64,000 nt of DNA from assembly GCF_006345805.1 (NCBI RefSeq), contig NC_043018.1, forward strand, positions 21,018,001 through 21,082,000, given 5' to 3'. The DNA is from Octopus sinensis. Lineage: Eukaryota. Of this stretch, positions 35,401 through 50,400 are shown in pieces. The position numbers and the translations under genes are program-made. The stretch's first letter is position 1. Every line of letters starts with the position of its first letter. The notes under the pieces were generated by a model. That model was given only the letters and a program-made list of their open reading frames with translations, did not search any database and was not told the origin of the DNA.

Positions 35401-38400
35401 TGGAGAGATGTATTTTTAGCCTCTATTTGTTGGGGTTTTTGTTTTTAAATTGAGTAAACATTTCATATTAACAAATCTTGTCTTATGAAAATACGAAAAA
35501 TCTTTTCCATGGTTTTTTTTTTTATTTCAGTTACAAAGGTTAATTTACCATGTGTCATATCTGCGACAAAAGTTTTATTGGCTTTCCTTGTGAACAGATT
35601 ACAAAAACACAGTACGAATTGTACTATTTCACAGGTAAGATTTGATGCAATTTGCATTTTTTTAAACTTTTTTTTTTTTTTTTTGGTCAGGTGCAAGAAT
35701 GCAAATAAAAATCTGTATGTTAGAAAAATTTGAAATAAAGAAATTAAGATACCTTAGATAAGCTATTCATGATTTTGTGTGTGTAGATGGAGCAGATATG
35801 CATATACAAAATAGTAGTATTGGACTGAAACGAAATGTTTTTGAAGAGTGGACAAAGTTTGCTTCTCAACTCTATGCTTTTCCAGTTTGGTTTCACTGTG
35901 CCTTAAGTTTGTGTGTGTGTGTGTGCGTGCGTGCGTGTGCTTGCATGTATGTCATCTTTTAACACTTGTCTTCTGTACTGGTGTGAGTTGGACTATGTAT
36001 GTGTGTGTGTGTAGGCTTCTCAATCATATGGTTCCAGGTTCAGTCCAGTGTGTGGTACCTTGAGCAAGTGTCTTCTACTATAGCTTCAGGCTAGCCAAAG
36101 CCTTGTGAGTGGATTTGGTAAACAGAAACTGAAAGAAGCCTGTTGTATGTATGTATGTGTGTGTGTGTGTGTGTGTGTGTCCCACCACTGCTTGACAACT
36201 GGTGTTGGTGTGTTTACATCCCTGTAACTTAGCAGTTCAGCAAAAGGGATGATAGAATAAGTACAGGCTTTATAAAACACATAAGTACTGGCATCAATCC
36301 ATTCGACTAACAAAGAAAAAAGATAAAAATTCTTGAAGGTGGTGCCCCAGCATAGCCACTGTCTAATGACTGAAATAAATAAAAGATAAAAGGCACATGC
36401 ACACACACAGGTATTGTGTGTGTGTGTGCGTGTGTGTGTGTGTGTAATCATTTAATGTTCTGTTTTCCATACTGGCATAGTTTGGTAAGCCAGAAGACTG
36501 TACCAAGCTCTAATATCTGTTTTAGTAGTGGTTGCTACTTTTGGATGCCCTCCCTAATACTGTCTGCTTCACAGAGTGTACTGGGTACTGTACGGCACTA
36601 CCACTAGTGAGGTTGCAAAGTAATTCGCAACCGGGGGATTATATTAGTGAGGGAGGTGACTTAATTCCTGGTGATAAGAAGTAAAATAGAGGGGCTTTGG
36701 AAGAAGGTAATGATGAGATGTCAGGTCATACCCTCAAGTAACAGAGAGGTGAATATCAGAGAACTGGGGGCAAAGAGGATTGGATAGGGTGAGTGGGTCA
36801 GGAAGCAAGTTTGCAAGAGTGTGAAAGGAAAGTGGCTGATGGATTGACATCGTGAATACCAGGGGGTTTTGGGGGGAGGAGTTAATAGGTAGCAGCATAG
36901 ATGATAAGTGTGTGTGGGTGGGATATGAGGTATGCCCAATGCAAGGGTCAGGGTCAGAGGTTCATAGGAGTGGAAGTGGTGAGAGAGAAATAGATGGTGT
37001 GGGAGTTGCCATTGGCGAAATGAGGGGGGGAATATACAGGAGGAAAATGGGAGTTCCATGGGAAATCAGATGGTAAGAAATGATACTACGAATGTGGGAG
37101 ACAAAGGAAGTGATTTTAGGGAGCATGAATGAAGGGGGAAGAAATTTGTGCAGTTTTGCTCTCATAATTTCAGCAGCTCAATGAATAGTGGTTTGGTCAG
37201 TTGAGTGATGGGGTGGAGATGTGAGTGTTAGGAAAATGTGTTGTTGGGGAGAGAGACATCAAGAAGAGATAGGGTGCATAAACACAAATGATATGCTTTT
37301 AGGGCCTCATTTTCTCTTGGATGGGTTTCTTGAGCAAAACAAATTACCAATCATTTTCTGTTGGATATTTGAAGGAATCTATTTCCTGTGTGTTCTTAGT
37401 GTTCATTGCTCCTGTGCATCTGCCACACACCAAGTCTACTTTATCTGTTAACCTTCCAGTGGCACTCGTGTGTTTCCACAGTTTGCACTGGATACACCGT
37501 ATGAAATTTCTACATTACAAGAAGGGCCATTTTTCTGCAGGGATTAGTGATTTGTCTGCTTTCCTGTTTACTAAAACTTAGGAGTATTTTCTAAGTTAAC
37601 TTCGATTCCAGCTTTATTTCTAAAAGCTGGAATTTTTTTCTAATTTTACTATAGTTTGTCATAAGAACATGGTCATCAACATTGAACGAGTTCCCATGGG
37701 AAACCACCAGTCTTAAACTTCTCTGTTATTACCTGGAGGACTATGATAAATGAGGGAACTGGGAACCAAGCCTTGGGGAATTCCTACATGCACACTTAAT
37801 TTGTTGCTATAGTTAACTTTCACCTTATTGTCAGCACCCCAGAACGTACCTTGGACAGCTTTTACCAACCATTATCTACCCCCAGTGGCGAGCTGGCTGA
37901 AACGTTTGCACGCCGGGCGAAATGCTTAGCGGTATTTCGTCTTCTGCCGCTACGTTCTGAGTTCAAATTCCGCCGAGGTCGACTTTGTGTTTCATCCTTT
38001 CGGGGTCGATTAAATAAGTACCAGTCACACACTGGGGTCGATGTACTCGACTTAATCTGTTTGTCTGTCCTTGTTTGTCCCCTCTGTGTGTAGCCCCTTG
38101 TGGGCAGTAAAGAAATAATTATCTACCCCCAGCTTCCACAGCAACAACCAGATGAGGTAGCAAGGGATGCTGCTAAAAGCTTTCCCATGCCAACATAAAC
38201 CAAGTAGAGCATTTTATTTTTGGCTAAATTCTTTTGCAGTTGCCTTCCCAGGTGGATAGCATCAGTACTGCTTCTCTCTGGCACAAAACCAAACTGCATC
38301 TTATCTAGGCTAACTCTCTTCCTAGTTAGTTGAGCTATAGCTTTTTCTGTAAACTTCAGGATCTGGTCCAGTAATTTGATACTTCTGTTGTTACTTCTGT

Positions 38401-41400
38401 CTAAAGCATTTCCTTTACCTTTGTAACAGTTCATTATAATGCTGCTGCACCAGTCTTTGGCTATGATACCTTTTTGGTCAACCTGATTATCTATACAGGT
38501 GATTAGGCTGTATCCCCCACTGCCAGATATTTTAACCCTTTAGTGTTCACATTATTCTGCCAAAATTAATGCTTTTTTATCCACATTGTTTTGAATTAAT
38601 CATGCATTATCTTGTAGCTATGAGATTTTGATGAGGTAGCTGTTCATTTTTAAAGCGATATTGTAGGGTTGGTGTGAGAGACCAGATCTGGCCAGTTTGA
38701 ACATAAAACAGGCAGACTACTTTTGGCCGGATATGGCCTGTTTAAATGCTAAAGGGTTAAGCATCTTGGTGGTAATTTCTGATGGACCAGAGGTTTTCCC
38801 TTCATATTTTTAATTTTTTTTTTTTTTATCATACTGCTCTCAGCAAGGATAGCTGGTCCTTTTGTTGGGTCCACATTAGAAAGATTTCTTTTCTTACGCA
38901 TTCTCCGTATTTAGTAGCTCTTCCATGTCCCCTAAGTGCAAGTGTACCATCATCCATCCTGATACACTTCCCTCTTTCCAGAAGATTTGGCAAACCTCTT
39001 CCTTTCTGCCTCTTGTTACACATACCTGGCTTCTCTTCCCAGCCACCTGTTTCAGTTCTCTGCTACTCTTATGCTTCCAGTCTTTCCAAGCCTGTTTCTT
39101 TGCTTTTATATCTCTTTCTGCATCACTGTTCCACCACTATATCATCCTTGGTCTGCAGTCTTCAGTAGGTTGTTCCTTAAAATCTTCCAGTTGTCCTCTG
39201 TTATAAGCCTCTATCTCTTCCTCTGTGTCAAATGCTTCAGTTAAAACCTCTCTAAATCATTGACTGTTCAATGGATCTTTGAGTTTCCAGATCTTTTCCC
39301 AAGCTGGTTTTCCTCTCTGGGTCTTTCTTACCCTAAGTCTGAAGTCACTAATGACTAACCTATGTTGGGCAATACATTCTTCACACCTGGGAAGGACTTT
39401 GCATTTATGAGTATCTGTCTGTCCTGGCTCCTGTTAAGAATGTAGTCAATCTCACTAGACCTATAAGGTTGTGGATGGGGTGGAAAGAGCTAGTATGGAA
39501 CTGGCTGGGTGAGGGGGCCCAGTTCAGTAATTAAAAAGGTTTGCAGGAGCAGTTTGCCTGCAAACTGCTCTTACACATTATGAGCTACGCAAATTAAATA
39601 TTATTGCTCATGTAGACCACTGTTTTCCCAGATCCTCAAACATTCAAGGACAATTAGATATAAAGAGACAGAAAGGAATATGTTTGCATTTGTCCCTCCA
39701 TTACTTGACAACCGGTGTTGGTTTGTTTACATCCCTTTAACTTAGTGGTTTGGCTAAAGAGACAAATAACATAAGTCTCAGATTAAAAAAAAATAAGTAT
39801 TGGGATCCATTTGTTTGACTAAATCCCTCAAGGTGGTGACCCAGCATGGCTGCAGTCTAATGAGTGAAAGAAGAGACATACATACACGTGTATATGTGCA
39901 CACATATACTTATGCACACACACACACACATGTATATGTAGATATGCATGTGTGTGTGTGTGTATGTATTTATGTTATCTTTTTAAAAATTAATTGAACT
40001 CTTCCTTTGTGTATGTGTGTTTGTATCATTCATTGGTTTTACATCCATTTTACCATGCTAGCATGGGTTGGATGAATACATATTTTAGGTATTGTTTTAC
40101 AGCTGGATACCTTTTCCTGTTATTTGTTTTCTGAGACATGAATTTTTCATTCCATTTGTTTACAGAATTGTAGAGCAATATTAGAACAAAATAACAGGAA
40201 ATACTAACAAAATATTACGTTTTTTTTTTGCTTAGCACTTTCATGTGAAGATGCAGAATGTAAACATTCGTGTGTGCATGTGCACACATGTGGCACGTTT
40301 CCATCAAGTTTCTTTCTGTTAATTTCACTGCCAGAGTATTGGTCAGTCTGAGGGCAAAGACGATACCCACATAGTGAGACAGAACTCAACATTGTAAGGA
40401 ACAAACTCCATGTCTACATACCCATGACTGTACTTACGTCTCTGAGTGTGTCATCATCATTTAAAGTCTGTTTTCTCTGCTGGTATGGGTTGGACAGTTT
40501 AACTGGAGCTGGCAAGTCAGAGGACTGCACTAAGTTGCACTGTCTGTTTTGGCATGGCTTTTACAGATGGATGCCACTTTACAGAGTGGATTGTGTGTTT
40601 TTCATGTGGCTTCAGTACTGGTGAGGTCTATTTCAGCATGGTTTTTATGACCGGACACCTTCCAAATGCCAGTCATTTTACAGTGGACTGGATGTTTTTT
40701 TTACATATCACCAGAACTGGTGAGGTCACCAACGAACTTGCAAGATGAAGATCTTTTGAGATGGGTGAAGTACTGGAGGAGGTGGTTTTGTGCCAAGTGA
40801 TGAGAGTATGACAGAGTGACAAAAACAGTTGTCTTGCTGCAGAGGAGATACATGATTACCACAGTTGAAGAGAGAGAGAGGGGAGGAGGAGAGAGTGGAA
40901 GAGAACAAGAGTGAGAGATGGTGGCAGTGTGCCAGAGCATTCTCTCAAGGTGTATGAGAGGAGAATATAAATTGGGTGGTAGGGCATTGCTAAGAGTGCA
41001 GGAGTAGGTATGTTAATGATCAGATGACGAATATTCTTTTGAGGGATTTCTTGCCAAATTTCATACAGTAATCTCAAAAGATCTGGCTTTGAAGATGCTT
41101 GTTCTTTTAATGAAGTGTCCTGTCCATTATGCCTAAGAGGTGTTCAGTTGGGTTCATATCTGGTGACTGGCTTGGCAATTGAAGCTTTTTAATGCCATTC
41201 TCATCCAACAAATCTTGGGTCGTTTTAGCCATGTGACAAGGATCCTCATCTTCTATAAATAGTCTTCTTTAATCATTTCACCACTGGAGAAGATTAGAAG
41301 GAGTCCTTTCTTATCAGAGTTTGTTCCCCTCACACTGTACCAGCTCTCATAGACTATTGCTCCAAATTGCACCCCAGACCATCACAGAATAGCTGCCATG

Positions 41401-44400
41401 TTTCATTGTTGGCTGTAATCTTTTCACATCAAATTCTTGGTCAGAGAGTCTCCAGACCCACACTCGACCACTGGTCAGAAAATACAGCAAATCTAGACTC
41501 AGTGGAGAATATGACAGTGTCCCAAATGCTAGTGGCTTCTCCACCATCTCACTGGCCCAATCTTTTCTCCGCTTGATATTGGCTGCTAAGTTTGTGGAGA
41601 TACTTGACAGCTGTTCTGGGACTGACATCGTATTCTGCTGTCAGAGGCCTTGGAATGAGGATTATCCTCCACACTTCTCTTAAGAAAGAGAAGGGTCCTG
41701 TCGGAGGACTGGTTAATCTGGGCAATGTGATGTGGACGCCTTCCCCTCTTTGGTGAATTGCACAATCACTCTATTAACAGTTCTGTTTTACCATTATTTG
41801 TGAATGTAACATTTCTATATACATATGAAGACCTTTTTAATTTGATGAAATTTAAAAGGTGTAAGAAATACAGTAAACTCGATTAATCTATGAATCTTAG
41901 AAACATTTAGAATATTTAATTTTTTCAAAATTAAAAGTGGAAAGATAAAAGAATAAATAAATCGCTATATTTAATATTTTGTTCTATTCCAGAAATATAT
42001 AATGATCTTAATCAAAGGTTTGTGTGAAGGCACAGGTAGCCTCCTCAAACAAGACATTGTGACATTCACAGCACTTCTCAAGTCAGCAACAACCCCTGAA
42101 CACATCACAGAATCTTCTTCAGGTTTGTACATCTGTTTATCTCCAAAATTATTAAATTTTTTGGTAGTTATTGTTTTGAGTAGTTTTTCATCTCAAAGCA
42201 TTTGAATAAGAAATATACCATCATTTTTATTTCTTATTCTTAAGTCATCTGAATAGAGTTCTTATTTAGGTTTCTCAATGATTCTTGCTTATATTATTAC
42301 CCTATATCACATTTACAAAGAAGAAATATTCCTTAATCATTTCTGTTACATTAAATTATCTATTTTCTTTCCAGCAGTAAATAATGTAGATTAAGAGGTG
42401 ATTTTAAGTGTTACAAAGTGTCACAAATATTGGTGCCATGTAAAAAGCACCTGTGCTGGTTCTACATAAAAAGCACCCAGGCTAGTCCCACGTAAAAGGC
42501 ACCCATGCTGGTCCCCCGTAAAAAGCATCTATGTTGGGACAACCTGTGCAGATGATTTATCGTCATTGAATGTTAGTGCTGCACATTAGGTCACTGGTTC
42601 CATGTAAAAGCACTTGTGCTGGTTTCACGTAAAATGCACCCATGATGGTGCCATGTAAAAAGCACCCAGTACACTCTGTAAAGCAGCTGGCATTAGGAAA
42701 GGCATCCAGCCATAGAAACCTTGCCAAAACAGACAATTTGAGCCTGGTGCAGCTCTCCGGCTTGCCATCTCCTGTTAAACTGTCCAACCCATGCCAGCAT
42801 GGGAAATGATAAAGATAAGTTTTTGAGATACAACATCAAGATAATGATAATAATAATTACTATTCTTTAAAATTTTGCCTAATGATTCTGCCAGCTTGCT
42901 GCCATAGCAATAAAAATGATAATGGTTTCAAATTTTGACACAAGGCCAGCAATTTTAGGGGTAGGGGTAAGTTGATTACTTCAATCTCAGTGTTCATCCA
43001 AAAAGATTGAAGACAAAGTCTACCTCAGAACTTGCACTTGGAACGGAATGAATGATGAAATGTCGCTAAGCATTTCGTCTAGTATGCTAACGGTTTTCCC
43101 AGCCTGCTACCTTTAATAATGATGATGATGTTGAAGACGACGTATGAGTGTTCAGCTTTTGATGAACGACCTACACAAATAATTTGTTTTTAGTGATCAA
43201 ATGCATATGCCTTACATTAGCTCACTCCCTTCATTAAGTCTACAGTACATGGTGTACCACATGTTAGGTGTTGAAGTAATTGCAGAGCAATGAGATGAAG
43301 AGTTTCCCTCAAGAACACAACACCTGGTCTAGGAATTGAAACCATGATCTCCTCCTACTATAGGCACAAGGCTAGAAGTTTTCTGGGAGAGGTCTAGTTG
43401 ATTACATTGACCCCCAGTGCTCCTTTGATACTTATTTCATCAACCCCAAAAGAATGAAAGGCAAAGTAGACCTCTGAGGAATTTGAACTCAGAATGTAAA
43501 ACAAAATGCTGCTGAGCATTTTGCCTGACATGTGCTATCCTAATAATAATGGACTCTCCCAATGAAGATGAGAGTTCAGCCTTTTTGCCGAATGACCTGC
43601 ACAAATGATTTGCTTATAGTGATCAAATGTTCGTGCTGCACATTAGTTTACACTCTCCATCAAATTAATGTCTGAGCAGGTGCACGGTGTACCATGTGTC
43701 AGGTGTTGAAGCGATTGCAAAGCAATGTGAGATGAAGTGTTTTGCTGAGTCTAGGAATTGAAACCACGATCTCACAATTGTAAGTACAACACCCTAACTG
43801 CTAGGCCCTGCGCCCTCGCACCTAATGATAGTAGTAATAATAATAATATTTTCTGTTTGATAAAATAAGTACCAGTCATTTATTGGGGTTAATTCTCTCA
43901 ATTGTACCTCAATCTCCATTTCACATCTTCTTGCTTTGTTCCAATCATTATTTAATTTTTCCTTTCTTTACTTTCAGAAGAAGAACCTGAACCAAAAGAA
44001 AGCAAGAGACCCAGGCTAGATTTTGGACAGAATATTTTTGACCAATTAACCTCTGTCCTTGAGGAAGTAACCCCATTTTCAAGTCACATTTCAAAGTCTG
44101 AGGTTCCCGTTGAGACTCTAAATTCTGATGGTGACACCACTATTGTCCATGTTGCAGATTCTCTGGAAGAAGTGCAGCTATTATTTGCCAAAAAAAATCT
44201 GTCCAACCTTCTTCAACTCAATGGTAGTGAAATACTTGTGGATGTTTGCTCTCATCTACCACTACTTGCCCGTTATATTCACCGGTGTAGGGAGGCTATC
44301 AGTAGCACTTCCTTTGTCCTACCTCTCACATTATCTGAAGCTCTTACAGCTAGAAATAGGTAGGTGCACATCTTTTGTATTTGGTTTATTTAAACATCCA

Positions 44401-47400
44401 GTGTTGGTGTCACGTTAAAAGCACCCAGTCCACTCTGTAAAGTGGTTGGCATCAGGAAGAGTATCCGGCTGTAAAATCCATGCCAAAACGGACAGTGGAA
44501 CTCTGTGCAGTTCTCTGGCTTGCCTGCTCCTGTCAGACTGTCCAACCCATGCCAGCATGGAAGACGGATGTTAAATGATGATAATGATGAGACATCCAAG
44601 GGAAAATATTTTACCTATTTTGATGATAGTCTGCTATAATAAGAGATTCCTTGCTTGTAATATTTTCTTCATATTGTCTGTGTGGTTAAGGACTCTTTGA
44701 AAGCATGTGATTTTGGGTTCAGTACCCCTGTGTAGCACCTTGGGCAAGTCTCTTCTACTATAGCCCTGGGCCAACCGGTCCCTTGTAAGTGAATATGGAA
44801 ACCTGTGTGTTTGTCTTTTCCCACCCCTCAATTAGCATTGCTTTATTTATATGTCCCTGTAACTTAGTAGTTCAGCAAAAGAGAGTGATAGAATAAATAC
44901 CAAACTTTAAAAATAAGTACAGTAATTGATTTGTTTGATAACATCCTGCAAGGCGGTGCCCCAGCATGGCTGCAGTCTTATTAACTGAAATAAAAGGTAA
45001 AATATACTCTAGCATTGAAATTTTTGTTTTTATCCTCTAAGGCCTAATTAAGACCTAATATCAGTTAATGGGAAGCTTGCTGGGATATTAGCAAATCTTG
45101 TTATGAATGTGGCTCAAGGGAATCTAAATATTTGACTGCTCTCAAAAATTAAGTAAAAAAGCAAGAAAAATAATCCAAAACCCTTGTCTGGTACCAGATC
45201 GATCCCAAAATCTAATCAGTTTGTGCCAGTCATGAGGCCAAACATTTCTGAAAGTTCCATTCAAGTCCATCCAGCCGTTCTTGAGATATCTTGTCCACAA
45301 ACAAACGAACATGACCGAAAGCAATACCTCCGTCTTTGCTAAGGTGGGGGTGAAAAATAAGCATTACTTTCAATAATGTCAATACTAAAGGCGCAGGAGT
45401 GGCTGTGTGGTAAGTAGCTTGTTTACCAGCCACATGGTTCCGGGTTCAGTCCCACTGCGTGGCACCTTGGGCAAGTGTCTTCTACTATAGCCTCGGGCCG
45501 ACCAAAACCTTGTGAGTGAATTTGGTAGACAGAAACTGAAAGAAGCCCGTCGTATATATGTATATTTATATATGTGTTTGTGTGTCTGTGTTTGTCCCCC
45601 TAGCATTGCTTGACAACCGATGCTGGTGTGTTTATGTCCCCGTTACTTAGCGGTTCAGCAAAAGAGAGACCGATAGAATAAGTACTGGGCTTACAAAAGA
45701 ATAAGTCCAGGGGTCGAGTTGCTCGACTAAAGGCGGTGCTCCAGCATGGCCGCAGTCAAATGACTGAAACAAGTAAAACAGTAAACAGTAAAGGGTTAAA
45801 TGCTAGAGAGTTGAAAAAAAAATTACTATAAAAAAAGAAAGAAACCCTTTTTGATTTTATGCTATCTTTTTCAGCTATCCATCCCTGCTAAATGATGTGC
45901 TAATTGTGTGGCGAGCCTTTAGTCTACCAGTGCTGGAGCCATTAACTCCACGGCAACTCGAAAAAATCACCATAGTCACTTTAGGTTGCCTTTATAGTTC
46001 AATTGTTGTGGCAATTTCAAACACCATCGTTAACCTCGCTAGTGCAGTTCCAATGAAAAATCCTGCAAACAAAGATGAAGAACTGGACAATTGTGGAATG
46101 ACCATTGTTCAAAAAACTGTAAGTTTTCCTCATTTTTGCGTAAATGTTAACATATAGCGGCAATGAGATCACACGGAATATTTATTATTTTGTTAAAAGT
46201 GCATTCTGTAGTTAATGCTTCCTTCACTTCCTTGCCCCAAAACTGATATTCACTGCATCTGCTTAAATCCCTATCTCTGCTCATCTGTCTTTTTTTTTTT
46301 TTTTTTTCCCCACACATCTAATGTCCTTGTCTACCTACTCACCTTTTCTTTTTAAATGAAAAGTAATTTCCTGTTTTACAAAAAAAACGAATTCAACAAA
46401 ATATTTGAAGTTTAAATTTTTCTATAAAAAAAAAATTTTTTTTAAATTGTCGTTTGACAGAATATTGAGAACTTCAAAAGTTAGAAACTAGAATCAAAAA
46501 AATAAAAATTTCAAATTGGTATTTTGTTGCACTTTTTGAAAAGCTCATTTCATTCCTCTCTCCCTTATGCTCTCTCATAGTCACCTTGTACCTTGAGGGT
46601 ATGCTCTCACCATTTCTCTCTCTTTCTAGCTGGGGATGCTATGTATTCATCCTTCAGCAAGACACCTGTTCCTCTATCATCCTTTTAAATCCTGCAAGAC
46701 TAGGCCCCACTTAATTGCAAGTACTTGGCTACCTCACTAGTACTGATGCCATGAAAAGCATCCAGTACACTTTGTAAAGTGATTGATATTAGAAATGGTA
46801 TCCAGCTATGGCAAACCCTGCCAAAGCAGAAACTAGAGCTCAGAGCACCCTTCTGTTTTGTTGGTTGATGTCAAATGTCCAGGACATGTCAACATGGAAA
46901 GAGGACGTTAACCCTTTTGTTGCTTATATTTCTGTTGAGATGCTCTGTGTTTCTTTCAATATAATAAAGAATTTAGTAAAATAACTTAGTTATCATTAAG
47001 CTAGTGTTAGGAACATAAATTGTGACTAAGGTTTGGTGGAAGATCTTAATTCAAAACTTTTGTAAAACAAGACATTTGCACTAAAGAACCAGAGACAGTT
47101 TCAGGCAGGTTGGTCTTAAAAGGGTTAAATGATGTAGATCTTTTAGAAGTAAATTGACCGCTTATTAATTTTCATTTCTTAATTGTTTTGGTTAAGCTCA
47201 TTAGAAAATTTATTAATTTTCTAATTGTAAAATATGTATAAACCCATTTGACCAAAAGCAGTTTTTTGGTACTTCATATAAACATTAAAATTTTTTTGGG
47301 AATATATGTTAGAATGGTAATTTAGGTGTTAAAAATGTAAATAGAAAACGGCTAAAAAATTGATAAAGTATATAAGATTTTTAGATGTTGGAAGTAATTA

Positions 47401-50400
47401 TCCAATAGTTTTTTTTTTCTTAAAAAAAAAAGAAAACTCAATTCAAAGTAGCTTTGCTCTTGTAATTGTTTTAGCCTGCAAATTATTTTAGAAGTTATAT
47501 AGCATATCCTCTACTGTCTTTTCATGTCATTAAATCATTTTAGTACTTATGTAAAATGTTAATCTGAATTTCCTGTTTGTTGTGTAATAAAGCTAAAATA
47601 ACGGAACATTCTGTGAGATATATGTATAAATAAATAAAAGGATCATTTTGATAAATTTTGTTCAGTGTGGAATTATCATTTTGTATAATGTAGTTACAAA
47701 AAAGTACATGAAGCTGGACTAAAATCTTAGACTAGTGATTGTTTGTATATTTGTTCACATAATTCAACTTCCTCATTTTGAAAACCTGATTTATTTTTTA
47801 CAGCTTGAAATTGTTAACATCGTCTCATCTGTGATTAGAAATTCCACCCGAGCTGGTGGACATGTAAGTTGAAAACTTTATTTTGTTGGATTTAATCTTA
47901 GAATATATTTAACTCTTGGGAATCATCAAGATGACCTGGCAATTTTTATGCAATAAATAGCACCACATAAGAAGCACCCGATACACTCTGTAAAGTGGTT
48001 GGTATTAGGAAGCACATCCAGCTGTAGAAACCTTGCCAAACAGACTAGAGCCTGGTATAGCTTTCTGGTTTGCCAGCTTGTGTCAAACTATCCAACCCAT
48101 GCTAGCGTGGAAAATGGATGTTAAATGATGATAGTGAAAGACAAGAAAAAAAGCTAATCCATAGACTTACACCACCACCTACGTTCTCTCGCTCTGGAGA
48201 AATTCAGTGAAAACTATGTTGTTGCTTTTGACATCAGCAAAATTTCAGTTATGTCTGGTATGAAAATCTTGAAATTGCCTGCTTCTGGGCTCAGTTGGTC
48301 TCTTGTTTGTTGTATGTAACTGCCTATGAGATGTCCAAACATACGTCATCCATATAAGACCAAGACACTAATCGCCAAACCAGCACCAATTTTTTTCACA
48401 CAGACCTTTGAAAAAAATTCTTTTAATGAGAACAATTCAGTCTTGTCTCTGTCATGAACAACAAATCACAAATGCTATTTGTATCGGAAAACATTGCATG
48501 CTACTCCTAAATATGAGCAACTTGGGCCTTGCTGATCATTTCAATTGTTGGGTCTCACTATCACCAGTCTAGGATCTCTCTTGGTAAAAGCTCATCCTTA
48601 GCACAGCTTAGACTGCCTCCCAATGACTGGCCTCGTTCTTCAGGGCCAGAAGACCTTTCAATCCCTGACAATTATTGACGCTCTACAATGCTCAGGTGTG
48701 GCCTGCAAATGGAGTGTTGCTCCCAAGACACTTGTGTGGCTTAAATCTACCTCCAGTTTAAGGGAACCTGAAATGGTGTATGCCAAGTTTTGAGGATCAT
48801 GACTCGTTACTTCAGTTTTTTTAAAAACTGAATTGAATCACTTTGCTTCTTCAGAGAATAAAGCTTGTACTTACTTGTACTCAGTGGCATTCATACTGGG
48901 TGCATTGATCCAGCTCTGACCACATCTGACATTTGGCTGCTGTCAAGGCTATAATGGATACTCAGCCTGGTTCCACTGTCAAAGACCATTGATGCAGGGC
49001 TCCGATTGTGCTTTTACATTTTCCTTTACCATTGCCAGTCACATCTTCAGTTGATCTGCAGCTAGTTTGCACCAGCCTGGGAGGGGAGCCGGGTTGCCAG
49101 GAAACATTATTTTATGCGTATAGAAGGCAAAAATGTGAATCTCTATCTTGACTATAAATGTATTTTATAGCAGAGTTTATTTTTCTGTGAAATATGTCAT
49201 TTTAGGTGGTACAGAACTTGCATATGATGGCTGCCTGGTTACTACTGAAAGGGTTACAGAGCATTTTATCTCTGACTCTCTACGTCATACTTGAGCGCAA
49301 AGATTCTACACGGACCAAAAGCCAAGATTCTCAAAAAAGTTCTAAAGAATCTCAAAATATTCGACCAGCTTCTGCAAAGAGGTAAGACTTCTAGTTTTTG
49401 GTATTTAAAGGTGTTTTAATTCATTTGGTTTTAAAATATTTTATGGTCAATACTTTCTTTATTTTCTCAATTTTTCCAGTTTTCAAGGATTTGGAGTTTT
49501 GTCTGTTGCTTTAGCATCAAATGCGATCCAGCTGCTTTCAAAATTACTTGATGATTTGCAAGTTGAAGGGAATGTGGTCAAGGTCTGTGATGAGTTTACT
49601 TAGTTATACTTCCTTTATAATGAAATTTACTTCTCTTTTACAATTATCCAAACTTTCTTCCATTTTTTATTAACCACTGCTTTTTTTTTTTTTGGATGAA
49701 TTTCACATTGTAGGAATGAAATATTTCATCCATAATTATTAGTCCAACAGAATATATTTTGTTTTGCCTGTGGTTTTTTCATGCAGGGGTCTGTTCTGAT
49801 GTTGGGCAGTTTTTTTTTGTGGTTGTGTCATAACAGGTTGAGGGTTCTTTTGGGCAGGTTGTTCGTCTTCTGCAGAATAGTTGGATGATAGAGTTGCTAT
49901 CTTGGCAACAAGCCAATGTGCTATGGGTTACCATTAGTCTGGGACCTCCTCGGGATACTGGCCCATCTACGATGGCCCTACCAGGAGCAAAGGTCCAGAT
50001 GGTAATGCTCGCTCATCTCTATCTATGGAACATGCAAGCCCTCCTTGTCATGACATGGTCAAACCCTGGAGGGGATGCAGAGGGGTTGGCAAGGACCACC
50101 AGTGTTGGGTAGCACTGGTGGACCCGGTCTGCTCTATGCATATTGATGTTTCGGGGACCACTAACCTGGGATGACCCCAGCCCCTTCAAGCAAGTGCAAG
50201 AAGCATAACTTTTCAAGCACTAAAGAACAGTATTTAGTTGCTGAAGAGCCATAGGTGAAGCAAAATATATTTTATTGGCTCTCAAACTTATCTTAGAGTA
50301 CTTTATTCTAAGATAAAGCTTCATTTGAACTTGTCACCCTTGGAATATTTGACTATTTCTCTGGAATCTTTTCCTATATGTTATTTAAACTCTTCAGAAG

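Larger units (their letters stand above)
36445..39560 (-). mobile_element. Fragmented long RTE LINE (upstream region, RT with PHD, 3' tail), interrupted by a SINE and a MITE
   Basis: Minus strand [19 protein letters not shown]...[18 protein letters not shown] (38123-38434); [10 protein letters not shown]...CGRCTG (about 37410-37510); family B tail at 36445. Confidence 0.75.

Noticed and set aside
39539-39570. Overlapping 9-11-bp inverted repeats at the 5' break of the RTE fragment
   Set aside because: Best explained as a template-switch scar; no evidence of function
48270-49100. Moderately GC-rich intronic block as a nested gene
   Set aside because: No long ORF or convincing splice pattern; likely an old repeat that I could not identify
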